DNA from: Dimorphilus gyrociliatus
Taxonomy: Eukaryota > Animalia > Annelida
NCBI GenBank assembly: GCA_904063045.1
Contig: CAJFCJ010000030.1
Span: 372,001-436,000 of the forward strand
Direction: 5' to 3'
Length of the DNA: 64,000 bases
Position numbers and translations under genes: made by a program. Below are positions 36,081 through 50,000 of this stretch, piece after piece. The notes under the pieces are model-generated. The model saw only the letters and a program-made list of their open reading frames with translations, did not search any database and was not told where the DNA came from. Numbering within the stretch: position 1 is the stretch's first letter; each line of letters begins with the position of its first letter.

Positions 36081-38039
36081 TAAATTATCGTAAATTTTTT
36101 AATCCTTGTTTATTTCAATATTTGTTATTGAATTAATCTTTAAAAGTTTTCGATGGATCAGAATATAGTTGACATGATAAATTGGTTTAAGAAAATTCAA
36201 TGCATATACCTAGATTTAAGACAAAGAGCATTAAAAATATTTGCGAGTTGTACCCATATCTTGGTGGTAGGGTGCTAATAAACATCTCAAAAGTTAATAA
36301 TAATATCAATTACTCATTTAATATTAGAATAAAATGATATTATGTATGTCATTTATGTTTAATAAACAATAAACATTTATTTTGAATAGAAATAAGAAAT
36401 CTAGATTTTCTTTATGACGGTTTTAAATTCTAGCCGGAAGAGGCGCTGTGTTTTTGCGATAGTTTTTCACTATTCACCCGACCACAGACAATGTCATTCA
36501 CAATCTCCTGTCGGCGAAGCCGCAATTACACAGGCTGCTCGTGACGGTTTAAGCGTCGAAAATTTCATTTACTCGTACCACCTTGGCCGTTTATTTTCTT
36601 ATTTACTTTTCTACGGATATTTAGCCTCATTCTTTGAATATTTTGAACTTTTTTTAAAGAAGAAAGCACTATTATTGGAGATAGAAAACAAGTGGCGTTT
36701 TATTTGCCGCTTATATCGTTCAACTTCTTCATTGACAGAAAACTAGGCCATTTTAAGGTCTAACTAGAAAATGTTTTACCGTGAGTATAGAATTCTCAAA
36801 ATATTTCAAATCTTACGTAAGGCCTAGAAATTACGTTTTGACTCACCGGTCCATCTTCAACTTCGAATTGAATACACCTGTACGATAGTATGCTTTTGGC
36901 CTATACTAATATTACGCAAGATCCTTTATTTTTTTATTTTCTTTTTTTAAAAAAAATACATAGTTGTTAACTGCTTAATCCTTTTTGTATATTGCCCCCT
37001 TATCTGTTTAAGGTGACCAGAAGAATTTATAGATGAGCATTTCTCTCATCAAAAGTAGTTTATTTACGACGATAACAGCCGTCAAATTGTTTAAATAGCG
37101 ATTCTGTAATGTGTATTTTGTCTTAAATTTTCTAAAGTTTTTCATCCCTTTTTTTAAATTTTTTCCAAAAGATAAATATTTCACATTTTTACTTTCAGTT
37201 TAAGTTTATATCTTGTTTTTTTAAAAAAAAAAATATTCATGAAATTTGAACAATTTGTAAATGGGCGGAGAGGTACGGAAAATTGTTGATAAAATATCTT
37301 GAAATTTACATAAGTCAACAGTCTCATAAACTATACGTCGTTTCATTAACTGAATAAACAAGAGTCGAAATCCATTAGTAAATAATGCGTTTAATAAGAT
37401 CAAAGAAGGAAATCGTATCGTAAATCTGCCTTTAATCCTGACAAGATTTTTTGTTAATAGTCTAACAAAGCGAGAACAAGTTATAATAGGAGAGTTTCAA
37501 TGAAGAATTCGTTTAAAGAGATTTTTAATGCCGTATTCAACGGTTGTTTATATAGTGAGAACGCTTCAACATTTTGCATCCTGTCGCTAGATTTCATAAG
37601 TAAATAACATATTTCATAGGCCGAGAGGATTAGTATTACACCATATATTTGGGGGCTTGTTTAATGGGATTTCCTACTAAGTTTCCCGTTTTATCTTTTC
37701 GTATGAGCAAGATATCAGTATTTGTATAATGTTAGGAAAACATTGTAACTTTTCTTTTGGCTTTTGCATCTCTTCCTCCTTAACTTTCGCTCTTCTATTT
37801 AGATATTTCCCAGTCCACTAATTAAAGGATTAATCAGTAAACTTTCATTTTTTATCATCAATGTTGTGTAGTCTAAAATAAGAAGATGGGTGGACAGGAT
37901 TGAACTGTCATTAAACACTTCATACTGGTTCCAATTGTGTATATCTTTTTCGTAATTTAAGACGGCTATATGTTGGAATTTAGATGAAAATCTCTTTTTT
38001 TCAGATCTACAACCGGGCGAGTGCAATCGGCAATAAAAG

Positions 38040-41000
38040 ATGAAGAAACGTTTTTATATAGGCCTTTTCTTTCTAATTGAATCGGCTTTCAACGATCAAC
38101 AACTAAGGGCGCCCTCCTACAATTACGTAAATGGAATCTTCAAAGCCGAAAGTGAAATTGTCAAACATGTTGTCTACAAAGACAAAATCCTATTGGGCTT
38201 GGAAGGTAATATTACAGTCATAGACCAAAAACTACGGTACAGTTATAGCGTCCGATCGAACCCGGATAGTACATCGTCAGAAGAATGCTATCCGAAAAGC
38301 ATGATCGTTTATAGTGAAGGGAGAGAATTGATCTTATGTTGTACATCTAATAAGGGTAGTTGTCACAAGAGGAAATTGAACGGCAGATTGTCGTTGAGCG
38401 ATGACTACGCTAAGAGCGAGGGTGAAATTGTACCCTGGACTAAAAATAGTAGCTGTTTAATGGTTATAGCAAAAGGACCTGGTTCACGAACGTACGCTTA
38501 TGTAGCTAACACGTTACCACAAGATACTGATGTTCAACTCTCAGTTGTCAGCCGTAGGAATTTGGAAAACTTTCAAATAGTCTCCGGCAGCTTTTTCTTT
38601 GATCGCCCCGTTCTGCAAGCAAAGAAATACAATGATCCCAATGCCGATACATTCGAAGAACGTAATATACACTTCTGGTACATTAAAACCTTTACAGCCT
38701 TTAATTTTGTGCATTTTTTGGTTGTGGAACCTCTTCGATTATCTAGCTATAATGTGTTCGTCACTAGAATACAAAGGATTTGTATGCAGAATAAAAACTT
38801 TAATACACACGCTGAATTGGACTTAAAGTGTTATTATAATGGAACGGAACATAATATTGTAACATCTGCCTATATTGGCCGTGGAGGTGAAAAGCTTCAA
38901 AAGTATCTAGAACTACCTCATGTAGAACCGTTCTCAGATGATGCCCTTGTATTGTTTGCCACATTTTCTAGAAGTGCACCTTTCTCTGCTGTCGAACAAC
39001 CTGGTAGTGCCGTTTGTGCCTACAGACTAAGGGATATTCGTAAATCTTTTACAAAAAATATAAAGGAGTGTTACAATGGGATAGGAACATGGGGTCCTGA
39101 TTATTTTACAAGTCAACCTCAAAATTGTATAGAGCATCCAGAAAAAATTGACGATACGTCTTGTCCTAACAAGAACAAGCACATACTTGGAACTCAACCC
39201 TTAGTTTCTACTACTCAACTTTACATTCCCAATCACATCGTCTCCTCAATCGCCGTAACAACCGTTGACAAACATACAATAGCTTTCATGGGAACTAAAG
39301 CTGGCATAATTCTAAAGGTAAGCATATAGTTTCCCAACAGGATTTTCAGCGCATTACTAGTGTTAGTCAATATAGATATTGATGACTAAAAGCTGATGAG
39401 CTTCAACCGTTCTATAAATCCTCATTGACCATAGCGTATAAAAGGGCGTCTAATCTATTTACTCTAGCCGACCACTGTTTTTTATTCAATAATTTTTTAT
39501 ACGGTGGCTGTGCAAAGTTTGTCTTTATAAAGAATGTTAGCAATTTTCAAAGTACCGTCCCCTTTATTACATTCATTGAACACCGGAACTCGGAAAGGTC
39601 CGAAGCCGTTATCGACCTCCGAACTTCCGGTACTTATTGTCTCTGCCTTTTGATCGATGAATAAAAGAGCGGCTGTCTCCAAAATTTTTTATTTATATAA
39701 ATATACCAAGTTTTTAATTAGTGGAATAATCTCTACACTTATCGCAGTAGTTAGAGATCTATTTTACACTTTGAACGAGGAGAATATCCTAGTTAATCCC
39801 TTTCCAACTTAATTAGCTATCCTGTAACTGGTTGCGAACTCTTTTAAATATGTATCAATTAACCGTACCCGATTATATTAGTCATAACTTGACTATTACT
39901 TTCATTGTTGAAAGGATGTTGTGAGAGGATAAAAAATATAAACGAATCAATCATGCAAAAAATGAAAAGAAAAGAATGAATGATAGAGTTATTATCCTCC
40001 ATGATAGTAGTATATACAGATAAAAAAACATAGAATACACTATAGTTGAAGAAAGTACGAAATTTCTCTTATTTCCTTAACTTTTATAGAGCGTCATCTC
40101 GAGCAAAAATAGTGGCGAATTATATGAAACGATAATGATGGAAGAGAAGAGGGAGCCTATTCTCAGCGACGCCTTCTTCTCAGACGATAATCAGTATTAT
40201 TATGCAGCCAAAGGAAATACGGTGAGTGGTCTTTTTCTTTACTTAACTAATCTCTCTGCTATCTGCTTCTTTTTAACCCTTGTCGAAAAAAGGCCTAGAA
40301 CGTATAAATGTTTTTATCTCCTAGAATGGTTGAAATAGAGAGAATGCGTATATACTTGGCATATGCAGCTCTTTCCAGAGCAGACAAGGCGTTCTCTGGG
40401 TGTGTTGTGTATTTAATGGCATCGAGCAGTTGCTTAATGTAAACAACATTTTTAGGTTACTAAGCCTAAAAGTGAGAAAAAAGGGGGTGAAGGTGTGGGA
40501 GGAGTATGTTAGGTAAAAAAAATTAACTGTAAATGAATTCCTACACATTGAATGACAAGGGAACAGAAAAAGGTGAATGTAGTTGGCAATGATCTCGTAC
40601 ATGCGTATCGAATGTTTCTCTTAGCACAAAGGAGACTTTTGTTTGTGCAGGCACGTACATCCTCGTTTTGTCATATTTTTCTAACTCGGTCGTCCAATAC
40701 ATTGTCTCTTCCTTTATTAATACCTATATTAATTGGTTGCTTTCATTCTATAAAGTTCATTGAGTCATTTCTATAAAATTATGATATATTTCTATAAATC
40801 TATTTTGAGATATAGTTCGTTAGCTATAACTCACTTAACAATAAACTCGACTGTAACCGGTAGTCAATATAGGGCCTATAACGTCTGACCTTGATTGTAT
40901 ACCTATAAAACTCCCTAGCCTTATAGGCCTCATTTAAGGCTTAAGGGAAAATATGCGATGGCGTATTGAACTTGTTTGCTAACGTTTATTTTTCTTCTGC

Positions 41001-44000
41001 GGCTTGTTTTTGTTATATTCCAAGGATTATTGTTTATTCAACGTATCCCTTTGCCCTTATTAAGTATTCGGCAAGCGTCCCTACTTACGTAAAAATATTG
41101 TTTGCTTTATTCCTATTTAAAACATATCGGATAATAGACGCTTTTATTTAAGCGTTTAAAAACTTTGAAAAGAGAGGAAGTGGTTGAAGGATGTAGAGAA
41201 TAACATTTGCATTTTGTCGTATTCCCTAACTCTGTATTCTCAATTGATTTTCTCCGTCCTCACTTTATTTTGTTTATTGTTTTTCCTAGTCGTTCATCCT
41301 CATTCGTTCTCCTTTCTTATTGAGTGTTTCGTGAAGCGCATAGTTACGTTACTATAGCAACACAAAACCAGCCCCCGTACTTAAAGGAAAACTGCCGAAA
41401 TCTGTCGACATTTTCACACTAGAGACCTTTTATTGACTTGCATATTTTTAACATTGGCGCCACTTTTACATTATCTATACATGCACCAAATCATCACAGA
41501 CAATGAAAAGTATTGTATATCCGTTCATATGTTGAATAATATATCAATAGAAATCCCCCATCCCAGTTTTTTGCCCATGTTTTGTTGTCCCTTAGCCGCG
41601 ATCCGTCTGGTAAAAAAGGATTATGTAATACTTAAAAGGGTGAGGGAGACTAAAAGCCATAAAACACTATACGGGATAAGGAAAAGATCCTCGATTCAAG
41701 CGAATGTATAATTAATTAGAGAACGTGCCGAACAGTGTAGAAAACGAGAATGCTGTGCAATTGTATGTATAAAAACCGTTCTTAGTTAGACAAACAAACG
41801 CCGTACGACTTTTAACGTTTGTCAATAGTTGCACGTGCAAAAAATTTTTTTCGGCATTTCCCCTTGTTCATATTATTGCGGAAGTGAAACAGTAGAAGAA
41901 TTTCTTAATTAGAAATCTCAACTGTATTTAACACAGTTCCTAAAGTGGTTTTCATGGTTAAGATATCAAAGAAATAGCAATTAATAGTACAATGATAAAG
42001 AAATATATACTGTATACAGTAGATATAAGTATATACATATATATATAAACAATGTATGTTGTAAAGTTACATATTTATATAAATATATCAAGATATTGTG
42101 TTTATTGTATACAATATATAGATTAGTAAATACATGTATATAAATAATAAAGAGAGATAAAAATGTACATTATGATTCACCTGAGAAAAATAGCGCAGTT
42201 GTTGAAAAAAAAACAAGAAAACTACAAGAATAAAAGAAGAAAATTGGTTATTCTATACTTCTTCTATATTTCAACGTGGAAATTTTCTATCGTAGAACTT
42301 AAGTATAAACTATTCTATCCGAACTAATGTTACGTATATCGTATTCACTTATATAGTCTTTTATGAAAGCCGACTTCTATTATTATTCAACAAGCTAAAT
42401 TTATTTACAAAACTGAAATAATTATAAGGTATTTTATTAGCTTCATAGAATGACATTTTACGCTCGATTAATATATCTTAGATGTTTATTATCTTATAGA
42501 AAACTTTTGTACGAAATATTCCTACTAATGTTCTTTGAACTATTAGATAATTTCATTTATGAATTAACTATAATTCAATTTTTCATTATGAATTTTTCTA
42601 TTTTTAGAACGATTATTTACTGTGTTATATAAGAGAACTAGACGAAAAAAACAACCTATTTACAATGTATATTTGTATATATATATTCAATAATGTTAAC
42701 TTTAATGATTTTTACAAAAAGTAATAGTTTCTAAAGGGAAACAATACAATATAAATCTAATTAATTTCAGAATAGAAATCAACAAATGATTTCGCAGTTT
42801 AACAGAGCAAAGAGTAACTCTATAGTAGTTTTTATCAATAAACTATAAAAAAAAACCTTACGTTTCCTGCAACAGTGATTTCTCCTTCTAACAAAGTACT
42901 ATATATAAATATTAGTATTTATACGCGCACAATCTATAGAATATACCGTACTTTACTTTAGAATATATATATAAATGTGTCTAATGATTTCGGAGAAGTA
43001 GTTCTTATTATTATCGCTTCGTTTCTTCTTGTACTTATATATAAGAAATATTATGTGCTGTTTTCTCTTTTTTGTATGGTGAACGACTTACGAGTATAAT
43101 TATGGAGAGTAAAAAAGATACGTTTAGTCTAGGTTAGCTCTGTTATTTCACCTAGGAATGCGAAATTTTGAGAAATGAACCGCCAGTTAATGGCATTTTG
43201 GCTCCTCCACCTCTCCCAAAAGAAAGATTGTATCCAGAATAGTAAAAGAGGTTACGAGAAGGAAAGTGAGAGTAGAGTTTTTTTTTGCAGATAATATTAA
43301 CGCTGTCTGTCTGATTTGGTAAGCCGGCTCGTAAGTTTTCTTAGCTTACTCAATGAGTGGCAGAGGAGAAGATGAGTTTTAGGGCGTGAAAAAAAAGGAA
43401 ATGGACGATTTGTTGATCTAAGTTAGTGCTGGGAGATTTTTTCTTCAAGCTTGCTTTCTTTGAAAGAATTATGAAGCGAAGAAGAGAGAAATCGAGTAAA
43501 ATCGTTAACGAGAATTTAAACGCTCCAAGTACTCTTCATAAAGAAATAATGTATATAGAACGTTGAACACCGGAATCGTTCTTAATATGGGCATTGGAAT
43601 TTCTCGTAGCGTAAAAAATTCCCCCTATCCGCAGCTCGAATAATGTATTAGACGCCCTCCTCCCCCTTTAACGGCCGGCTAGCTATACAGTAGCAAAGTA
43701 TAAGAAATCACGTGATCGGTGCTGAAGAAAGTAAGTAACCGATACCCATTAATATCAGTCGTCACCCAGCTGTTGTATTCGGACAACTGAGCTTGATGAA
43801 CGGAGTCTGAGAAACTATCCCCAACGCTCAGCGCGATTAGTCTAATGAGTTGAAGCACGACTTGATAAAGCTAACAAAAACAATACGGAATCTAATTACA
43901 AGCCGCTAAAAGATTATTATCGGATTGAGAGGAAAAAACGATTTTAAGGCGAAAAAAGATTTTGATTGTCGAAGAAGGCACGTAATTAAACTAATCACTT

Positions 44001-47000
44001 TTCCGATTTGTGAGGCTTTCCTAATTACGATGATTGCGTCACCGACAGTCATTACTGGCGATTGATTGCGTAATGTGCCTAATTCGATCTGCTTCTGAAA
44101 GTAAAATATATAAAAAAGAGAAATTTAGAGGAAAGGAAGAAAGACAGGCTGACGTACTCTTCGTGCGATTCATATCTCGTTTCATCCGGCATAATTACAA
44201 CAATTATTCATTTGGTTTGAACGTCCTATTGATTTTTACTGATAATTACACAAAACGTATAAAATTTCGATTCGATATGAGCCGATCTATATAGAAAAGG
44301 CACGAAATTTTGCAAGCCGGACATCCGCCTACAAGCTTTGAGCGTCTATCGTCCATTTCCGGTTGGAACGTTTGATTCTTGAGCCATTTCAGGGTGTTTC
44401 TGCCATTTTTTTTACTGTCGTAATCGAAATAGTTGATTCATTGCGGTCGAGCGAGTTTGAACTCGTTCGGATTACTTTTCCGAATAAGGGAGGAAAAAAA
44501 AGAAGAGTATAGCCGGATCGCGTTTTGTCCGCCTAATTAGCCGTATAAATTTGCTGGTGGGGTTATTTAGAGTTCATGAGACTCCGTGTTCGATATTACA
44601 TTATGCAAAGTGTCTCCTAGAATATTTTGTAAAACAGTAACCTCAAAACTTTTCAAAGAGATGCTAAATTTACCCCCAAGTCTCTTTCTGACGCATAGTG
44701 TTTATAAGCGGAAAAAAAAACACTGTTGTTTTGAAAGAGTCTAGGGAATGTTTCAAAGGGTACTTATGAAAGGTATTAAGTGAAAAACCATTGGCTGAGA
44801 CTTAGGAACAAAATATACCATGGAATAAACATCATATTTTCCCTAGTCGACAAAATTCTTATCCTCCTTTTACTGAGCTAAGTGTTAAACGCCTGTGAAA
44901 TTCGAATTGGGAGAGAAAAAAAAAGGAAAGAAACGCTCACGAATGTTAAAATCAATAAAAAATCGGCGTGTACGTGAAGTGATATATACAACAGAGAGAA
45001 AAGTTGAACAAGAATCCAATAAAATTCCTTCGCTTGGGAAAAAAACATGACAAGTGCAGAAGGGAACCCTGTCATAGGCTCGCCTGTTTTTTACACAATA
45101 TATATACAGTATATATACAGCCGCGGTCATAAATATCTATACATGAAAAAAAAAATTTTTTTTTTCTATAAAATAATTTTTTTTTGGATTTCTTCAACAA
45201 AATTGTTTGTTCTTTTTTTAAATATTTGTTGAAGAATATGTTATAAACCAGAAAATGGATTTAGTTTACTGAAAAAAATATTCTTATATAAAAAAAAGAA
45301 TGTTTTTTAATTCTATGTTTATTTATCATTAAAAATAGTCCCAAAAAAAATGGCCAAAAATATTTATATAAATTTAATTACATAGTTTGTCAAGGTTTTT
45401 TTTCTAAATTTTTGCGTTTTGTCTCAGTCTAAAAACTACTTTTTAATTCTGTTTCCTTTATTGATAATAACTTGCCAAACTCTCTCCCCGATTCCTCTAT
45501 ATAAATTTTTCACAAAATCTCTATTGCTTGTATTGATTTTGTCCACCTCTTCCTGTATCCTGTCCCATAAATGGTCAAGGGTTTTTGGTGTTTGAATTTC
45601 ATACACTTTAATTTTTAAATAACCCCACAAATTCTCTATGGGGTTGAGGTCTGGAGAGTATGGAGGCCAATCAAGGACTTGAATTCCATTCTCCTCCAGG
45701 ATATCCATTGTTACTCTGGCAGTGTGTGGGGGTGCATTATCCTGCTGAAAGGTGAAGTTTTCTCCAAATTTTTCCCTCAAAATTGGGAAAACTGTTCCCT
45801 GAAGAAATTCGGCATAAATCTCTCCAGAGATGTTGGAGGGAAGTCTTTGGATAAAAACTTCACCATCTGAGGATATACACCCCCACACCATCACTCCTCC
45901 TCCACCAACTGGAAGCTTATCTCTAAAGAGCCTTGGCCTGTCATTGAGCTGCCAGGTTAACAGATGATCGGGACCATCCAGCGAAAACCTGGACTCATCT
46001 GTGAAGACCACATTTTTATATTCAACTTGGCTCTGAATCCATCCACCCAGTATATTTAATCATGTGGTTTTTGCTCTTGCTGACAAAGGGCATACCTTCA
46101 AAATGGGCAGATACTTTGCTCCATTTTTATTTAGAATCCTTCTAATGGTTCTTTCAGAAAGATCCAGGCTTAAGTTATCCTTAATTTTTTTAGCAGTTGC
46201 CAACTCTCTTTTTTCCTGCAATCTTATGCATTCTCTTTTAATTAGTGACTTCAGTCTTTCACTGGCTTTGGATGGTCTTCCCCTTTTGTCAGGTTTTCCT
46301 GCTCTTTTGTTCTCACAGATATACTGGAGTGAAGGTTTTGGGATATTTAAGTCCGCCTCAAGTTCTTTATAGGTCATTTCAGCTTTTTTCGCCCTTGCTA
46401 GCTCTCTAATTTGAGAATGATATTTCATTTTGACAAAGAAATGTAAGTAATTATCTGAGGAGTCAGATTTGTTCTAAATTCAAATGTTCTAAAAACTATT
46501 TAGACAAAAAACATGTTTTTATAGATATTTATGGCCATTTTTAAATTATATAATTTAATTGCAAAAAGCACTTGTTGTCTAAAATTAAAAAAAAAAAGTA
46601 CTTTTAAAAGCTGAAAAAAACAAATGTTGTATGAAATTACATAAAATACCCTTTAAACAACATCATTCTATTTAAGAAAAATAATTTTATTTCTCAAAAT
46701 TAGAGAAAAATGAGTTTTTAAAAAAAATATTTTCTTTTTTTTCATGTATAAACATTTTTGACCGCGGCTGTATATATATATCTTTTTCTCCTCTTTACCC
46801 ACATTCCCCCAGCGATTATACAAAGAGAAATTTAACTAAATTTGAATGAGTCTGTTTTCATGGCGAAAGACTGCAAAAATAGAAAACTGTGGAAAATGAA
46901 AAAAAAACAGCTATTTAATGGACGGAATCTATCATCAGTTGTTATTTTTTTTTTTGAATTAACTGAACTATATGGCTAGGATACGAGAGAAATTTAGTCC

Positions 47001-50000
47001 CTATCTATTAATATAATGGAAATAGGCCTAAGATTGTTTGTAATTGATATATAGGAATGTCAGTAAAAGTCCTGAACAAAGAACAAAATTTATGCATCGG
47101 AAAGACAATAGGAATTCTTTTAAAAACTACAGATAATGAAGATAGTATTAATACATAAGAATAGTTCTTGTTTCACACTTGACTAATAGAGCACTTGTTC
47201 GGTATTTTCAAGGACCAAGCGCAACCAAATACCTCAAGGAAGACATATAGTATACATTTTTTTGTATAAAATCGTAACAAATCATTTTGCAACTACATTA
47301 AGCCCCTCCCATCCACTTACGAATTATTAGCGATCTAAATGATTTTTTTAAAGAACCATGAAATACAATACGAAATATAGTGTATGTATTGAAAGGCATC
47401 GAGTTGTAAAACAGAGAGAGAGAGAGAGAGAGTAAAGTTGTTCCAACAGCGAAGAATAAAATTAAGAGTCAAAGGGAAAGTTTTTAAGTAATGACCCTAA
47501 AAGGAAGTATTTAGCGGAAGAGAACTAAAATGAAAGAAAGAATCAGAAAAAATCTTTTACCAAACGATTAATATCATTTATATAGTTTATTGATTCTGGA
47601 AACTAAAATTCTCTTTATCTGGTCGATAACTACTTTTTGTTAGTTTCCTTTTATTCGGGTTAAAGCTTTTTGACCGAATTTACTTGTTTTTTCCATTTGA
47701 ACTATGCGGGTAAGCGTCTCTTAGCCTATCTGTATCTCTCACTCCTCACCGAAACAGTTTCTTATTAGTCGCTCTTTGTGACTGAATCTAGCCAAATAGG
47801 GCGGGGGTTGGTGGGAAGAAGGCAACTGAAAGTGAGGCTAAAAAATTCGAGGTGTTTAACGAACGTTGCGTGATACCTTGATGGTAGGAAAGGTTATTGA
47901 TAAATGGCGCAGTTAATAACAGTCATTAACCTGAATTTAAGCGATGCGAAGGTGGCCCAGAAAGACCCGTAGCCCCCTTCACAATCTGTACCCCCCCCTT
48001 CTCTCCCCCTCGATCCGACGTTGCATTTAGTATCCTTCATCGCATCTGTTCCTTTGATCCGTCTCGCTTCTTTTATTCAGATAAAGTTCGAGTGGCTATA
48101 CTGGAAGAATTTAATAAATCTAGCGCCTTATTCGTTTATTGTGCAACCGACTTTCCTGACTAACTTTTTTTCTTCTACACTTTTCCGCTTAATGGAAAGT
48201 TTATCGGCTTAGAAAAAATACGCACGTGGACAAGATGAGGAAAGGCGTAAAAGGGTGGAGAAGGAGGGGGTAGGAAGTAGAGTAGGGGGTGGTTGCAAAT
48301 AAGACTGTTGTAAGCTTCATAAGGATCATGGGTTAAAAGTACAGAGGAAGGGATGAATACAATTAGAAAAAAACGATAAGGATTCCTTGTACCAACTATG
48401 ACATTAGCGTGTCGCAGGAGTGAAGGGATCTTACGCATGACTTTGCACGTGTCATAAAATTTCTCGTTGCAGTCTCGTCTCGAGATATCAGGTCAAAGGT
48501 CACGTCACTGAGCTTCTCATTACAGATACTAACGGCGTTCAGGTCGATTAAGGTCGTGTTCCGATAAGCAGATGGGAAGTGTCTCCTGATTTCTTGTTTG
48601 AAATGTAGAAGACTAACAGGTGTTGACCCGATAAAGAAGTTTAGATATTTTGACGTTCTAAGAAAGAAATGGGTCAGATAAGACGCCCGATCAGAATCTC
48701 TAACCTCGTTTTTTTTTGTCCCCCCACCTTTTCTTGTATTCCCTTTCAACCAAGCGCTTTGGACAGGACCAGAGAGACCGTCTTTCATCTCATTAAACAA
48801 ATGGATTGGGGTTAGATCCGCATCGACCTCGAAATTCTCGTTGTTGCCTTTTTCTAGTAAAGGCTTAAGGGATATTAGCCTATATACTTCCATAATATTC
48901 GGGTAGATTAGGACAATAAATTGACGCACCGCCAATTTTTTTACCCGACGGCGATCTTTCGTTATTTCAATTTTTGTTGCTATTCAGATTTTTGACGACA
49001 AGTTTTGTTGCTCTCTGCAAGTTATTGATCCGTCTCGATATTTGTACACTGGTCGCGAAATTGCTGTTTAATTTGCATAATTCTCTCTGAATTTGACACC
49101 CTCCGGAATTACGAGCCTATTGAGGCATTTCATAAACGTCATGTGATCATATATTTGTACAGTACTTGTACATTGAATATTTCTTTCACGTAATAGCTAT
49201 TTATAAGCATATTTTATCAATTTTTTTTATAAATAGTCCTTATTACTACAACCAAGTGGGATAAATAATCAATGTAGAAGATTCCATAGCCAGAAGCATT
49301 TTTGAGGGACAGGAACACGTCATCAGTTTATCGTCGAATTTTAATTGCGTAATAATTTGGTAGATGGACGGGACGTCGCCATCGGCGTCGCTCTCAATCA
49401 CGTCCGAGTATCGTTTTGCTACGCATTTCGAGAGTCGAAGCGTGATTTTGACAGCTTTTCTACTTCCCTTTCCCCCTAACTGTCCATGTGAAATTAAAAA
49501 AAAAAGTGAAAGTTACTCATTAGTGGAGCGTTGCCCCATCCCAACAAGAAAGAAGCGGCGGATGCCGTTACGACGAATCCTTCGTCCTCAGGGCATCATT
49601 AAGTATGCAAATGACCAATAGGCCTACTTTTCCACGTTCCCTTTCGTGCTCTTGTTTCGTCAGCCGTAACATTCTATATCAAGGTTTTTATGTCCTTACT
49701 TCAATTTTTTACCGTTTCCGAGTTGACCGTTTCGTTGCGTATTGCATAAATAACGATAAAATGCTAATCGATTCCGCCCACCGGAGAGCCAGGGAATGTA
49801 AGAGAAAAAAGAGGAAAAAAGGAAAAAGAATGAGAAAACAAACATATTTGTGCAAATACAAAGAGAGTAGACAGATGAAGGGGATGGAGTTAGGAGTAGC
49901 AGGGTGGTGAATTTTACGCCTAAAAAAAAGATTGGAATATATGTATGTCAGCGACACTGCCACCTTTATACACACTTGAACAGAGCTGCGCCGCCGGCTA

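Noticed and set aside
42008-42021. TACTGTATACAGTA palindrome resembling tandem Tc1 footprints
   Set aside because: Lies in AT-rich low-complexity DNA where such words arise by chance, and there is no adjacent element.
45679-46372. Plus-strand ORFs inside the transposon
   Set aside because: Antisense to the transposase.
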